Source: an uncultured Bifidobacteriaceae bacterium (GTDB lineage Bacteria; Actinomycetota; Acidimicrobiia; IMCC26256; PALSA-555). Taken from it: a stretch of 64,000 nt of DNA. Positions within the stretch are counted from its first letter, which is position 1, and each line of letters begins with the position of its first letter. This document shows, in pieces, positions 33,841 to 42,175 of the stretch. The translations under genes and the position numbers were made by a program. The notes below the pieces were generated by a model. That model ran no database searches, had not been told where the DNA came from, and saw only the letters and a list, made by a program, of their open reading frames with translations. The stretch covers positions 15,501 through 79,500 of the forward strand of contig CAZHKE010000004.1 in NCBI GenBank assembly GCA_964532485.1, given 5' to 3'.

Positions 33841-34757
33841 TGGCCGGCGTCTTCGTCGGGAGCATGCCCGGGCTCCGCGAGCACCTGCTGGAGCGCCGAC
33901 GCGACGGCGGTGGTTGCCTCCGACTCGATCCGGTCGAGCTGCGCATCGTCGAGCCCGTCCTCATCGACGAGTCGCCTTCGAGCAACCACGAGTGGGTCAC
34001 GCGCGCGCCACGCGTCGATCTCTTGCTGGTCTTGGTAGGTCGCGGCCTCGATCTCGGTGTGTGGCCTGACGCGGTAGGTCTTCGCCTCGAGCATCACCGG
34101 CCGGCTCGTTCGACGCACCTCGTCGACGAGCCGATCTGTCGCGTCGCGCACCGCGAACACGTCATTGCCGTCGACGATCTCTGCCGACATGTGGTACCCG
34201 GAGGCGAGGTCCGCGACCTCACCGGGGAAGATCGCATCCGCTCGCGTCGAGATCATGTAGCCGTTGTTCTCGCACACCCACACCACGGGGAGCTCCCACG
34301 CGGAAGCCATGAGGAACGCCTCATGGAGCGTGCCCCGCTGCGCGGAGCCGTCGCCGAAGATCGCGCACGCGATCGCTCCGCGCCCCGCGTGCTTCGCCGC
34401 GACACCGAGGCCTGCCCCGCGCCCGAACTCGCTGCCCGACGTGCCCTGATGGCCGAACATCCCGAGGTCGGTCGCGACCGGGTGCCACGTGCGGCCGCGT
34501 GCGGGCGAGGTCGACTTCAGCAGGAACGAGCGGAGGAGGTCGGGGGCGGCCATGCCCTTGGCGAGCGGCGCACCGATGCCGCGGTAGTGCGTGACGAGGA
34601 AGTCATCGGGGCGCAGCGCCGACGCGGTGCCGACGCCGACGGCTTCCATCCCGAAACCCGAGTGATAGAACGCGGCGTTCGCCTGGATCGCCTCCTCGAG
34701 CGCGCGCGCCTCGGCGAGTGTGGCGAACAGAACGGTTCGGTCGCTCACCGAGTGCAA
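33813..34757 (-). CDS. 2-oxoacid dehydrogenase E1 component, alpha subunit (TPP-binding)
   Basis: 314 aa. HYRGIGAPLAKG, and TPP motif GDGSAQRGTLHEAFLMASAWELPVVWVCENNGY. 28-nt overlap with the beta gene. Confidence 0.9.
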   Translation of the reverse strand: MHSVSDRTVLFATLAEARALEEAIQANAAFYHSGFGMEAVGVGTASALRPDDFLVTHYRGIGAPLAKGMAAPDLLRSFLLKSTSPARGRTWHPVATDLGMFGHQGTSGSEFGRGAGLGVAAKHAGRGAIACAIFGDGSAQRGTLHEAFLMASAWELPVVWVCENNGYMISTRADAIFPGEVADLASGYHMSAEIVDGNDVFAVRDATDRLVDEVRRTSRPVMLEAKTYRVRPHTEIEAATYQDQQEIDAWRARDPLVVARRRLVDEDGLDDAQLDRIESEATTAVASALQQVLAEPGHAPDEDAGQWLYATRTR

Positions 34758-34781
34758 CCCTCCGTGCTTCGACGCTCGACT

Positions 34782-34852
34782 ACCGATGGGTTAGCCTGGC
34801 TGACCGATAGGTAAGCACAGTCGACCGATCGAGTCGATTGGCTCGTCGACCG
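34782..34852. promoter_or_regulatory. Candidate TetR operator region between the E1-alpha gene and tetR
   Basis: ACCGAT hexamers occur at 34782, 34803 and 34824, exactly 21 bp apart. There is an imperfect palindrome CCGATCGA-G-TCGATTGG at 34825..34841 (7/8 arm match), and GTCGACCG is repeated at 34820 and 34845. Confidence 0.5.
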
Positions 34853-34871
34853 CAGTGGTGGTGGCACCGCC

Positions 34872-35489
34872 GTGAAGAAGGCGATCCTGGAGGCACGTCA
34901 GGAGGTCTCCAAGCAGGAGATCCTGAACGTCGCGAAGCGGCTGTTCGCCGAGCGGGGCGTGCGCGCCACGTCGCTGGCCCGGATCGCCGAGGCCGTCGGC
35001 GTCACCAAGGCCGCGCTCTACCACTACTTCTCGTCGAAGCACGAGATCGTCCTCGAGGCGGTGCGGGCCAACATCCGTGACTTCGACGAGGACGTCCTCG
35101 AGCCGAGCGAGGGGCTGTCGGCGAGCGAGCTGCTCGTCGAGCGGCTCGAGCGCAAGGTCGCGCGCGCCGAGCGCGACGGCCCGCTCGACCTTCGCTTCTT
35201 CTACACAGTGCTGCTTGAGGAGATCGGCGAGCCCGACATCGAAACGGTCATCCGCGAGTTCTGGGCGGCGGGGCGGCGTGAGCTCGCGGAGTTCGTACGC
35301 GGCGGCCAGCGCTCGGGTGAGTTCCGCGACGACGTCGACCTCGACAGCGTCCTCGACGTCCTGTCGGGGGCGATCATGGGCATCGACATACTGTGGCTGA
35401 ACGACGCCGAACAGGTTGACCTGCGCAGGGCGTACGGCATGGCGCTCGAGCAGACGCTCGCGATCCTCGCTCCCGGCGCACGGAGGTGA
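34872..35489 (+). CDS. TetR/AcrR family transcriptional regulator
   Basis: 205 aa with a GTG start. HTH region ILNVAKRLFAERGVRATSLARIAEAVGVTKAALYHYFSSK. Confidence 0.9.
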   Translation: MKKAILEARQEVSKQEILNVAKRLFAERGVRATSLARIAEAVGVTKAALYHYFSSKHEIVLEAVRANIRDFDEDVLEPSEGLSASELLVERLERKVARAERDGPLDLRFFYTVLLEEIGEPDIETVIREFWAAGRRELAEFVRGGQRSGEFRDDVDLDSVLDVLSGAIMGIDILWLNDAEQVDLRRAYGMALEQTLAILAPGARR

Positions 35490-35491
35490 CG

Positions 35492-36292
35492 ATGGGTCGT
35501 CTCGAGGGGACCGTCGCGCTGATCACGGGCGGCGGTTCCGGCATCGGCGAGGCGACGGCGCTTCGCTTCGCATCCGAGGGTGCCGCGGTCGCGATCGCCG
35601 ACATCGATGGTGACGCGGCGACCGCCGTCGCCGCCGCGGTGGAGTCTGGTGGCGGGCGCGCCCACGGCATGACCGTCGACGTCACGAAGGCGGCCGACAA
35701 CGAAGCGATGGTGCGCGACACCGTCGGCACGCTGGGCGGGCTCGACGTGTTCCTCGCCAACGCGGGGATCGAGCGCAACGGCACCGTCGTCTCGCAGTCC
35801 GAAGAGGACTGGGACGCGGTCTTCGACGTCATCGTGAAGGGGAGCTTCCTCGGAGCGAAGCACGCGATCCCGGCGATCCGTGAGTGCGGGGGCGGCTCGG
35901 TGCTGTTCACCGCCTCGGTCGGCGGCTTGTGGGGCTGCACGAACGCCGCCGCGTACAGCGCGGCCAAGGCCGCGGTCGTCAACATGACGTACACGCTTGC
36001 CCTCGACCACGCACACCACGGAGTGCGAGTCAACTGCGTGTGCCCCGGCGGCACTCGCACCGCGCTGGCGGAGCGGCTCGTCGCGGAGCTCCCCGAGCAG
36101 CTCCGGTCGATGATGGAACTGAAGCTGACGCAGCTCGTGCCACTGGGCGGGCGTCTCGCGGAGCCCGACGAGATCGCCCGCGCTTTCCTGTACCTCGCGT
36201 CGGATGAGGCGAGCTTCGTGACCGGCCACGCGCTCGTCGTCGACGGCGGCCAGCGTGCTGGTCTGTTCATGCCGGAGCAGCTCACGCCCTGA
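35492..36292 (+). CDS. Short-chain dehydrogenase/reductase
   Basis: MGRLEGTVALITGGGSGIGEATAL, and SVGGLWGCTNAAAYSAAKAAV (YxxxK). ATG 35492 lies 5 nt after GGAGG. The track start GTG 35486 (GTGA overlap with tetR) is an alternative. Confidence 0.9.
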   Translation: MGRLEGTVALITGGGSGIGEATALRFASEGAAVAIADIDGDAATAVAAAVESGGGRAHGMTVDVTKAADNEAMVRDTVGTLGGLDVFLANAGIERNGTVVSQSEEDWDAVFDVIVKGSFLGAKHAIPAIRECGGGSVLFTASVGGLWGCTNAAAYSAAKAAVVNMTYTLALDHAHHGVRVNCVCPGGTRTALAERLVAELPEQLRSMMELKLTQLVPLGGRLAEPDEIARAFLYLASDEASFVTGHALVVDGGQRAGLFMPEQLTP

Positions 36293-36305
36293 GCTCCTCT
36301 TGACC

Positions 36306-37139
36306 ATGGATCTGGCGGTGCGGGTGGCGGAGCGGGATGGCAGCCTCGCGTACGGCGTGGCGGGAGACGGACCACCGGTCGTCTTGCTGCACGGCTGGCC
36401 CGAGACCCGGCGGGCGTGGCGCCACGTGTGGCCGCGGGTCGTCGGCGCCGGCCGCCGCGTGATCGTGCCCGACCTTCGTGGGGTCGGGGAATCGGATCGG
36501 TCCGCTGACGCCGACTACTCCTGGAAGGCGTATGCCGCCGACCTCGACGCCGTGCTCGCGGCCGAGGGCATCGACCGGTGTGCTCTCGTCGGTCACGACA
36601 TGGGAGGCGTCGTGATGTTCGAGTGGGCGCTTCGGAATCCTGATCGCGTCGAGCGACTGGCCGCCATCTCCACGAGCTTCAACCGCTACGAGCTGGCGAA
36701 GTCGTACTACCTCGTGCTGCTCGCGACCCCGGGCCTCGGAGCGGCGTTCATGAGGCTGGCGCTGGGGAGCCGGCGCGCGTTCGAGAAGGCGCTTCGCCGC
36801 AGCTGTGTGCACCCCGACGCGTTCACGGCCGCCGACATCGAGGCGTATTGGGACGCCGCAGGCTCACGCGACTCGCGCCGCGCGGTGCTCGCCGGCTACC
36901 AGGCGTTCTTTCGCAACCGACGTACGCGATCGCGCGAGGTGGGCGACGTGCAGCTCATGTGTCCGGCACTGATCGTGTGGGGCACGAGGGAGTGGGCGCT
37001 CGGTGCCGACGGCTGGAAGCGGATCGAGGCCGACCTCCCGCAGGCGCGAGTCGAGATCCTGGACGCCGGCCACTTCGTGATGGAGGAGCAGCCCGACGCG
37101 CTTTCCGACCTCCTCGTGGGGTTCCTCGGCCGCGGCTGA
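36306..37139 (+). CDS. Alpha/beta hydrolase, epoxide hydrolase / haloalkane dehalogenase-like (Asp nucleophile)
   Basis: Track ORF 36255..37139 was trimmed to ATG 36306. VVLLHGWPETRRAWRH, and nucleophile elbow VGHDMGGVV. Confidence 0.85.
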   Translation: MDLAVRVAERDGSLAYGVAGDGPPVVLLHGWPETRRAWRHVWPRVVGAGRRVIVPDLRGVGESDRSADADYSWKAYAADLDAVLAAEGIDRCALVGHDMGGVVMFEWALRNPDRVERLAAISTSFNRYELAKSYYLVLLATPGLGAAFMRLALGSRRAFEKALRRSCVHPDAFTAADIEAYWDAAGSRDSRRAVLAGYQAFFRNRRTRSREVGDVQLMCPALIVWGTREWALGADGWKRIEADLPQARVEILDAGHFVMEEQPDALSDLLVGFLGRG

Positions 37140-37234
37140 TCGGGACGAGTCAAGGCGAGCGCCGGCGTCCAACGGTTCGGCGATCCTGGCGCGCAACGCT
37201 TCGAGCACGGGGCTCCGGCGGTCGCGAAAGACGG

Positions 37235-38422
37235 CTACGCCGTGCCGAAGAGGGGCTCGTCGCTGGAGCTCAGGCCGGCGGTCGGCAGGCCGTCGGGGAA
37301 CTCTCGGCGTACGCGTTGCAGCACCTCGGTGGCGACCTCGAGATGCCAGTGGCGCGTCGTCTCGTAGAACTCGCGGGCATCGTCGCTGAGCTTGGGCTGA
37401 CCGTGCAACGGCTTGTCGCTGATGGACAGCAGCGTGGCACTCGGGATGCGGTAGCGGAAGCCGTTTGCCGCGATCGTCGCCGACTCCATGTCGATCGCGA
37501 TGCTGCGCGAGACCTGGATCTCGTCGGCGATCCGCGTGGGGTTCAGCTCCCAGTTCCGGTCGCCGGTCGTGTACACCGTGCCCATCCGGTACCGCAGCTG
37601 GCGTGCATCGAGCGCCGCGATGATCAGCTCGTTCAAGAAGTGGTTCGCCGTGAGCGGCACACTCGTCGGGAGCACGTCGTCGAGCACGCGGTCGCCACGC
37701 ATGTACGCGGTCGCGAGCACGAGATCACCGACGTCCTGGTGGTTGCGAAGACCCGCACAGTGACCGACCATCACCATGGCGTCCGGGCGGAGCACCGCGA
37801 GGTGGTCGGTCATGGTCTTGGCGTTCGAGGGCCCGACGCCGATGTTCACGAGCGTGATGCCCGCGTGCCCGTCGATGCAGTGGTGGTACGCGGGCATCTG
37901 GATGCCGGGGCGTGCCGGGCGCTGCGCGTCGGGATAGAGCTCGAGGAACGCCTCGACGTGCATCTCGTAGTTGGTGAACAGCACGTAGCGCTGGAAGTGC
38001 TCGGCTGCAGTGCCCGTGTAGTGCTCGAGGCGGTCGATCGACAGCGCGGCGCGCTCGGCGCGGAACAGGAACAGCTTCTTGCGGCGTAGGTCCCAGGCGG
38101 TCTCGTCGAGGACCTCGAGCAGGCGCGCGTCATCGAGTGCCGTGACCGGTCGCGACGCCCGCGCCGTGATCCGGGCCTTCGACAGCGCGAGCTTGCGCAG
38201 CTCGCGCTCGAGGTACCAGCGGATCGCTGCGGGGCGTGCGAACTCGCCGGTGAGCACCGGGTTGTGCTGCGACCAGGGCCGGTCGACCTCGAGCTCCGCG
38301 TAGCTCCCGGCCGCGTAGATCTGCTCGAGCTGATCGCAGAGTCGCTCGACGCCCATCGCGATTGCCTCGTCACCGACTTCGGCGGCGAAGTCGATCGCGA
38401 GCGACTCGCTCCGTCTAGCCAA
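37235..38422 (-). CDS. amn: AMP nucleosidase
   Basis: The catalytic region reads HYTGTAAEHFQRYVLFTNYEMHVEAF, GVGPSNAKTMTDHLAVLRPDAMVMVGHCAGL, and SIAIDMESATIAANG (PNP/UDP-type fold). The start is uncertain. The in-frame TTG at 38422 would overlap the upstream stop by 8 nt. The N-terminal domain is shorter than I remember for E. coli Amn. Confidence 0.75.
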   Translation of the reverse strand: MARRSESLAIDFAAEVGDEAIAMGVERLCDQLEQIYAAGSYAELEVDRPWSQHNPVLTGEFARPAAIRWYLERELRKLALSKARITARASRPVTALDDARLLEVLDETAWDLRRKKLFLFRAERAALSIDRLEHYTGTAAEHFQRYVLFTNYEMHVEAFLELYPDAQRPARPGIQMPAYHHCIDGHAGITLVNIGVGPSNAKTMTDHLAVLRPDAMVMVGHCAGLRNHQDVGDLVLATAYMRGDRVLDDVLPTSVPLTANHFLNELIIAALDARQLRYRMGTVYTTGDRNWELNPTRIADEIQVSRSIAIDMESATIAANGFRYRIPSATLLSISDKPLHGQPKLSDDAREFYETTRHWHLEVATEVLQRVRREFPDGLPTAGLSSSDEPLFGTA

Positions 38423-40280
38423 CGCGCTCGAGAGAGAGGTTGTGGCGCGCCGAGCTCCGCAGCTTCGTGGACGTCCGGCCCGTCGTGTCGGCGTCGAGCT
38501 GGCGTGGCTCGCCGGCCCCGGTGAGCCGATAGCGCGCCAGGGGCCGCAGCCGGGCGAAACCCACATCCACTTCGCCGTTGGCGGCCGGGCCCGGCACGAT
38601 CGTCGCCTGCAGGCCGTCGCCGGTGGCGCGCGCCGACGTGACGATCACCTCTGGGTACGACGCGCGCTCGAGCTCCGGGGTCTCGTCGCGGGCGGGTACG
38701 TGCCGGTGGGCCGCGAGGAGACCCTGCTGGGTGTTCTGGAGTGCCATGAAGGTGAACGCCATCGAGAGGATCGAGCCCGGGCCCGGTCGGTCGCCGTCCG
38801 GTGTGAGCATCTGCTCGAGCGTGCGACGCAGGCCGGCGGCCGACTCGTCGTCACCGAGCTCCGTCGCGTAGAGCAGCGCAAGCGAGTAGGGCTGCGCCGG
38901 GTTCCAGCCGTAGCTGGTGTCGAACGTGTCGATCTTCGACAGTGCGAGTGTGATGCGACCGTCGACGTCGGGCTCGCTCATCCGCGACTTCACCTGCCGC
39001 TCGTAGCTGGCCTCGACGTGGCCGCGGCCGAAGGGCGACATCATCACTCCGGTTCCGGCCTGACCGCTCACGCCGACGATGAGCGAGTCGGTCGGGTGCA
39101 CGAACCCGGCGATGTTGCGGCACGTGTCGATATGGCCGTCCGGGGACACGAAGTATCGAGCGAATGACTCCGAGAAGCGCTCGATCGCCCAGCTGTGGTC
39201 GGTGCCGTGGACGAGATCGCCGAGCTGGATCGAGCGCAACGAGAACGTCTGGCATGGCGGCCACAGCCATCCGGGAATGCAGCTGATCGCCCCGTGCACG
39301 CTCGCCGCGTGCTGCGCAGCGAGGTTGTCGACGATCTCCGCGTGGCTCCACGAGTAGGTACGCGTCTTGTCGCTGACCGAGTAGCCGCCCGGCTGGTCGT
39401 AGCGCTCGTCACCGCTCATCGCCTCGTACATCGAGGTCACGTCGGCCGCGTAGCCCGAGTACATGACGTTCTCGTGGCGGAAGGGGTCGCCGTCGATCCG
39501 AAACGAGCTGACGTTCTGGAACCGTGTGTAGCGCCAGACCCTGTAGTCGCGGCAGCGCTCGGCGAGGTTCCCGAGGGCGGTCGTCGCTGCCTCGCGGTAC
39601 GCGGGCATCGAGAGGTGCTGCACCAGGTACATCGCCCACGCGGACAGCACGATCTGGTAGCGCAGCGCCGAGTCGACGTGCTTGGGGTCGTCGAAGACGC
39701 CCCAGTCAGTCGGGTCGGCGTGGCCGAAGCGGAGGAAGTACCGCAGGTAGGCCTCGGCGTACGGGTCGATCGGCGCGACGGCGCCGTGCTCGACCGGCGC
39801 GTAGGCGGGCGTGGCCCCGTGCGCCGGCGCCTCGGCGACCGCGGCCTTGACCGCGGCGAGGCGTCGCTGCTTCGCCCGGAAGTTGAGCTGCTCGACGAGG
39901 ACGCCGGCGGCCAGGCCCGCGATGCCGCCGACGGGGATGCTCCACCACGCTCCGCCGGTCGCGGCGTTCAGCGCGGCCGCGGGCGCGAGGAACGCGAGGG
40001 GGAGAAACCCGAGGCGCAGGATGCGGTTGAACAACGCGAACAGATCGACCAGCACGAAGAGGAACACGGCGAAGATCGCGATGCCGAGCGCGACGTCGCC
40101 CGCGACGATCTGGCCGAGTCCCGGAACGATCAGGGAGAGCAAGCCGGTCCACGCGGAGTCGGAGCCGTCGAGGCTCACGCCGACGATGCCCGCGATCAGA
40201 CAGGCCGCGGCGGCGAGGCCGAGGGCGCGGCCGACCCCGCGCCGGCCGGTCAGCGGTATCACATGGGCCGGATCGGGCAC
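38415..40280 (-). CDS. Membrane-anchored protein with a large C-terminal domain resembling linalool dehydratase/isomerase (LDI) family
   Basis: Track ORF 38415..40922 was trimmed to GTG 40280 (GAGGGG 4 nt upstream). N-terminal TM helices include LGLAAAACLIAGIVGVSL and IAIFAVFLFVLVDLFALF. The following segments match my memory of Castellaniella LDI: YRVWRYT, HENVMYSGYAADVTSMYEAMSGDERYD, AISCIPGWLWPPCQTF (two Cys 9 residues apart, CxP...C), and LVHGTDH. Confidence 0.7.
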   Translation of the reverse strand: MPDPAHVIPLTGRRGVGRALGLAAAACLIAGIVGVSLDGSDSAWTGLLSLIVPGLGQIVAGDVALGIAIFAVFLFVLVDLFALFNRILRLGFLPLAFLAPAAALNAATGGAWWSIPVGGIAGLAAGVLVEQLNFRAKQRRLAAVKAAVAEAPAHGATPAYAPVEHGAVAPIDPYAEAYLRYFLRFGHADPTDWGVFDDPKHVDSALRYQIVLSAWAMYLVQHLSMPAYREAATTALGNLAERCRDYRVWRYTRFQNVSSFRIDGDPFRHENVMYSGYAADVTSMYEAMSGDERYDQPGGYSVSDKTRTYSWSHAEIVDNLAAQHAASVHGAISCIPGWLWPPCQTFSLRSIQLGDLVHGTDHSWAIERFSESFARYFVSPDGHIDTCRNIAGFVHPTDSLIVGVSGQAGTGVMMSPFGRGHVEASYERQVKSRMSEPDVDGRITLALSKIDTFDTSYGWNPAQPYSLALLYATELGDDESAAGLRRTLEQMLTPDGDRPGPGSILSMAFTFMALQNTQQGLLAAHRHVPARDETPELERASYPEVIVTSARATGDGLQATIVPGPAANGEVDVGFARLRPLARYRLTGAGEPRQLDADTTGRTSTKLRSSARHNLSLERVG

Positions 40281-40290
40281 GTTCCCCTCA

Positions 40291-40326
40291 CCTTCGATAC
40301 CTGCGCGTCCCTTCGATACCTGCGCG
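40291..40326. repeat. Perfect 17-bp tandem direct repeat CCTTCGATACCTGCGCG (x2, 19-bp period) in the divergent promoter region
   Basis: Copies lie at 40291..40307 and 40310..40326. They sit between GTG 40280 (LDI-like/amn operon, minus strand) and ATG 40377 (hypothetical/cytosine deaminase/upp operon, plus strand). Confidence 0.85.
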
Positions 40327-40376
40327 AAGCCGCAAGCCTTGCGCGCCGCCGCAACGATACGGCATCCTGCGGCACC

Positions 40377-40985
40377 ATGTCCGTTCCTTCGAGCCCCCCC
40401 TCGGGACTGCCCGAAGACGCCTGGGTGCTGCTGCACGAGCTGCGTCTGCGCGGGTTGATGCCCGAGTTCGACGACGGGCTCGCCGACACCCTGTGCTCGG
40501 GTGGCCTGGCCCAGCGCAAGGGCGCGTTCTTGGCGCTCACTCCCGAGGGGCGCGCCGCGCACGCGACGTGGGCGCGTCTCGAGCCTGGGACCGAGGGTGA
40601 GGTGGCTGCGCAGCGGGCGTACGCCCAGTTCCTGCCGCTCAACCGCGCGCTGCTCCAGGTCAGCACCGACTGGCAGGTACGGCCCGGCAACGTCCCGAAC
40701 GATCACCGCGACGCGCCGTACGACTGGGAGGTGATCGACCGGTTCGTCGCACTCGACGAGCGAGCCGGTCCGGTCGTGCGGCGCCTCGGCACGGCTGTCG
40801 ATCGCTTCGGCGGCTACCGGCCGCGGCTGCGCGAAGCCGTGCGAAAGGTCCAGGACGGCCAGCACGAGTGGCTCCTGTCGCCGCGCTGCGACTCGTACCA
40901 CACGGTCTGGATGCAGATGCACGAGGATCTCTTGCTCGCGCTCGGCCTCGACCGTGCGACCGAGGAACAGGCGCAGAGCTCATAG
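40377..40985 (+). CDS. Hypothetical protein (202 aa). Possibly a regulator; function unknown.
   Basis: Only the last 202 codons of track ORF 39195..40985 are kept, from ATG 40377. The rest is antisense to the LDI-like gene. Sequence: MSVPSSPPSGLPEDAWVLLHELRLRGLMPEF...WEVIDRFVALDERAGPVVRRLG. Codon usage looks genuine. I recognised no family. Confidence 0.6.
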   Translation: MSVPSSPPSGLPEDAWVLLHELRLRGLMPEFDDGLADTLCSGGLAQRKGAFLALTPEGRAAHATWARLEPGTEGEVAAQRAYAQFLPLNRALLQVSTDWQVRPGNVPNDHRDAPYDWEVIDRFVALDERAGPVVRRLGTAVDRFGGYRPRLREAVRKVQDGQHEWLLSPRCDSYHTVWMQMHEDLLLALGLDRATEEQAQSS

Positions 40986-41507
40986 GTGCGTGCCACGATG
41001 CGGGATGTGAGTACCGGCCCCGCCGACGAGCACTCGGACGACCTGCGCTTCATGGCCGCGGCGATCGACCAGGCCCGCATCGGACGCGATGAGGGCGGGG
41101 TGCCGATCGGCGCGGTGCTCGTCGCCGACGGGAAGATCCTCGGCGCGGGCCGCAACCGGAGGATGCAGCTCGGCAGCGCAACTCGCCATGGCGAGACCGA
41201 CGCGCTCGAGAACGCGGGTCGACTGCCCGCCACCGTGTACCGGCGAGCGACGATGTACACGACGCTGTCGCCCTGCTACATGTGCAGCGGTGCCATCTTG
41301 CTGTTCGGCATCCCGCGCGTCGTCGTCGGTGAGAACGATACGTTCATGGGAGCCGAGGGCATACTGCGCGAGCACGGCGTCGAGGTCGTCGTCCGCCGGT
41401 CACAAGCGTGCGTCGACCTGATGGCCGCGTTCATCGCTTCGCATCCCCACGTCTGGCACGAGGACATCGGCGAACCGTATGAGGCGACGTCGACGGACCT
41501 CCGATGA
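40986..41507 (+). CDS. Cytosine deaminase, yeast Fcy1-type (CMP/dCMP deaminase fold)
   Basis: 173 aa. Near-colinear with my memory of S. cerevisiae Fcy1: EGGVPIGAVLV, GSATRHGETDALENAGRL, TMYTTLSPCYMCSGAILLFGIPRVVVGEN, WHEDIGE. The GTG start immediately follows the upstream TAG. ATG 40998 is an alternative. Confidence 0.85.
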   Translation: MRATMRDVSTGPADEHSDDLRFMAAAIDQARIGRDEGGVPIGAVLVADGKILGAGRNRRMQLGSATRHGETDALENAGRLPATVYRRATMYTTLSPCYMCSGAILLFGIPRVVVGENDTFMGAEGILREHGVEVVVRRSQACVDLMAAFIASHPHVWHEDIGEPYEATSTDLR

Positions 41508-41517
41508 GGTCCGTGAC

Positions 41518-42144
41518 GTGCCGCTGACGCTGGTCGATCACCCGCTCGTGCAACACAAGCTGTCGGTGCTGCGCGACCGCGAGACGGACACGTTGACCTT
41601 TCGTCAGCTCGTCGGCGAGCTCGCCGCGTTGCTGACCTATGAGGCGACCCGCGCGCTCGACCTCGAGCCGATCGAGGTCGAGACGCCCCTCGAGCGTGCC
41701 CAGCAGTGGAAGGTCAGTGGCAAGAAGCTTGCCGTCGTGCCGATCTTTCGCGCCGGCCTCGGGATGCTCGACGCAGTCCTCGATCTCATCCCGGTGGCGC
41801 GTGTGGGCTTCGTCGGGTTGTACCGCAACGAGGAGACCCTCGAGCCAGTCGAGTACTACGCCAAGTTCCCGACCGACCTCGCGGAGCGCGACGCGTTGGT
41901 CCTCGATCCGATGCTCGCGACGGGTGGGTCGGCCTCGGCGGCCTGCTCGCTGCTCACGAGGAAGGGTGTTCGGCGGATGACGGTCGTCTGCCTGGTCGCG
42001 GCACCCGAAGGCCTCGCTCGGTTCTCCGCGGACCATCCCAGCGTGCAGATCGTCGCCGCCGCGCGCGACCGTGAGCTGAACGAGCTCGGCTACATCCTGC
42101 CCGGGCTCGGCGACGCGGGTGACAGGTTGTTCGGCACCCGCTGA
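41518..42144 (+). CDS. upp: Uracil phosphoribosyltransferase
   Basis: VDHPLVQHKLSVLRD, PRPP motif LVLDPMLATGGSA, C-terminal YILPGLGDAGDRLFGT. GTG 41518 is preferred. The track start 41479 would overlap the deaminase gene by 29 nt. Confidence 0.9.
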   Translation: MPLTLVDHPLVQHKLSVLRDRETDTLTFRQLVGELAALLTYEATRALDLEPIEVETPLERAQQWKVSGKKLAVVPIFRAGLGMLDAVLDLIPVARVGFVGLYRNEETLEPVEYYAKFPTDLAERDALVLDPMLATGGSASAACSLLTRKGVRRMTVVCLVAAPEGLARFSADHPSVQIVAAARDRELNELGYILPGLGDAGDRLFGTR

Positions 42145-42175
42145 CCTGATCCGGTGCGGTCCCGCAGCTCGACCG

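Noticed and set aside
40291-40326. The direct repeats as a CRISPR array.
   Set aside because: There are only two 17-bp copies, separated by 2 nt. There are no spacers and no cas genes in the window.
39195-40985. The 596-aa plus-strand ORF.
   Set aside because: The first ~394 codons are antisense to the LDI-like gene and are R/D/G/E-rich. Only the final 202 codons, from ATG 40377, were retained.
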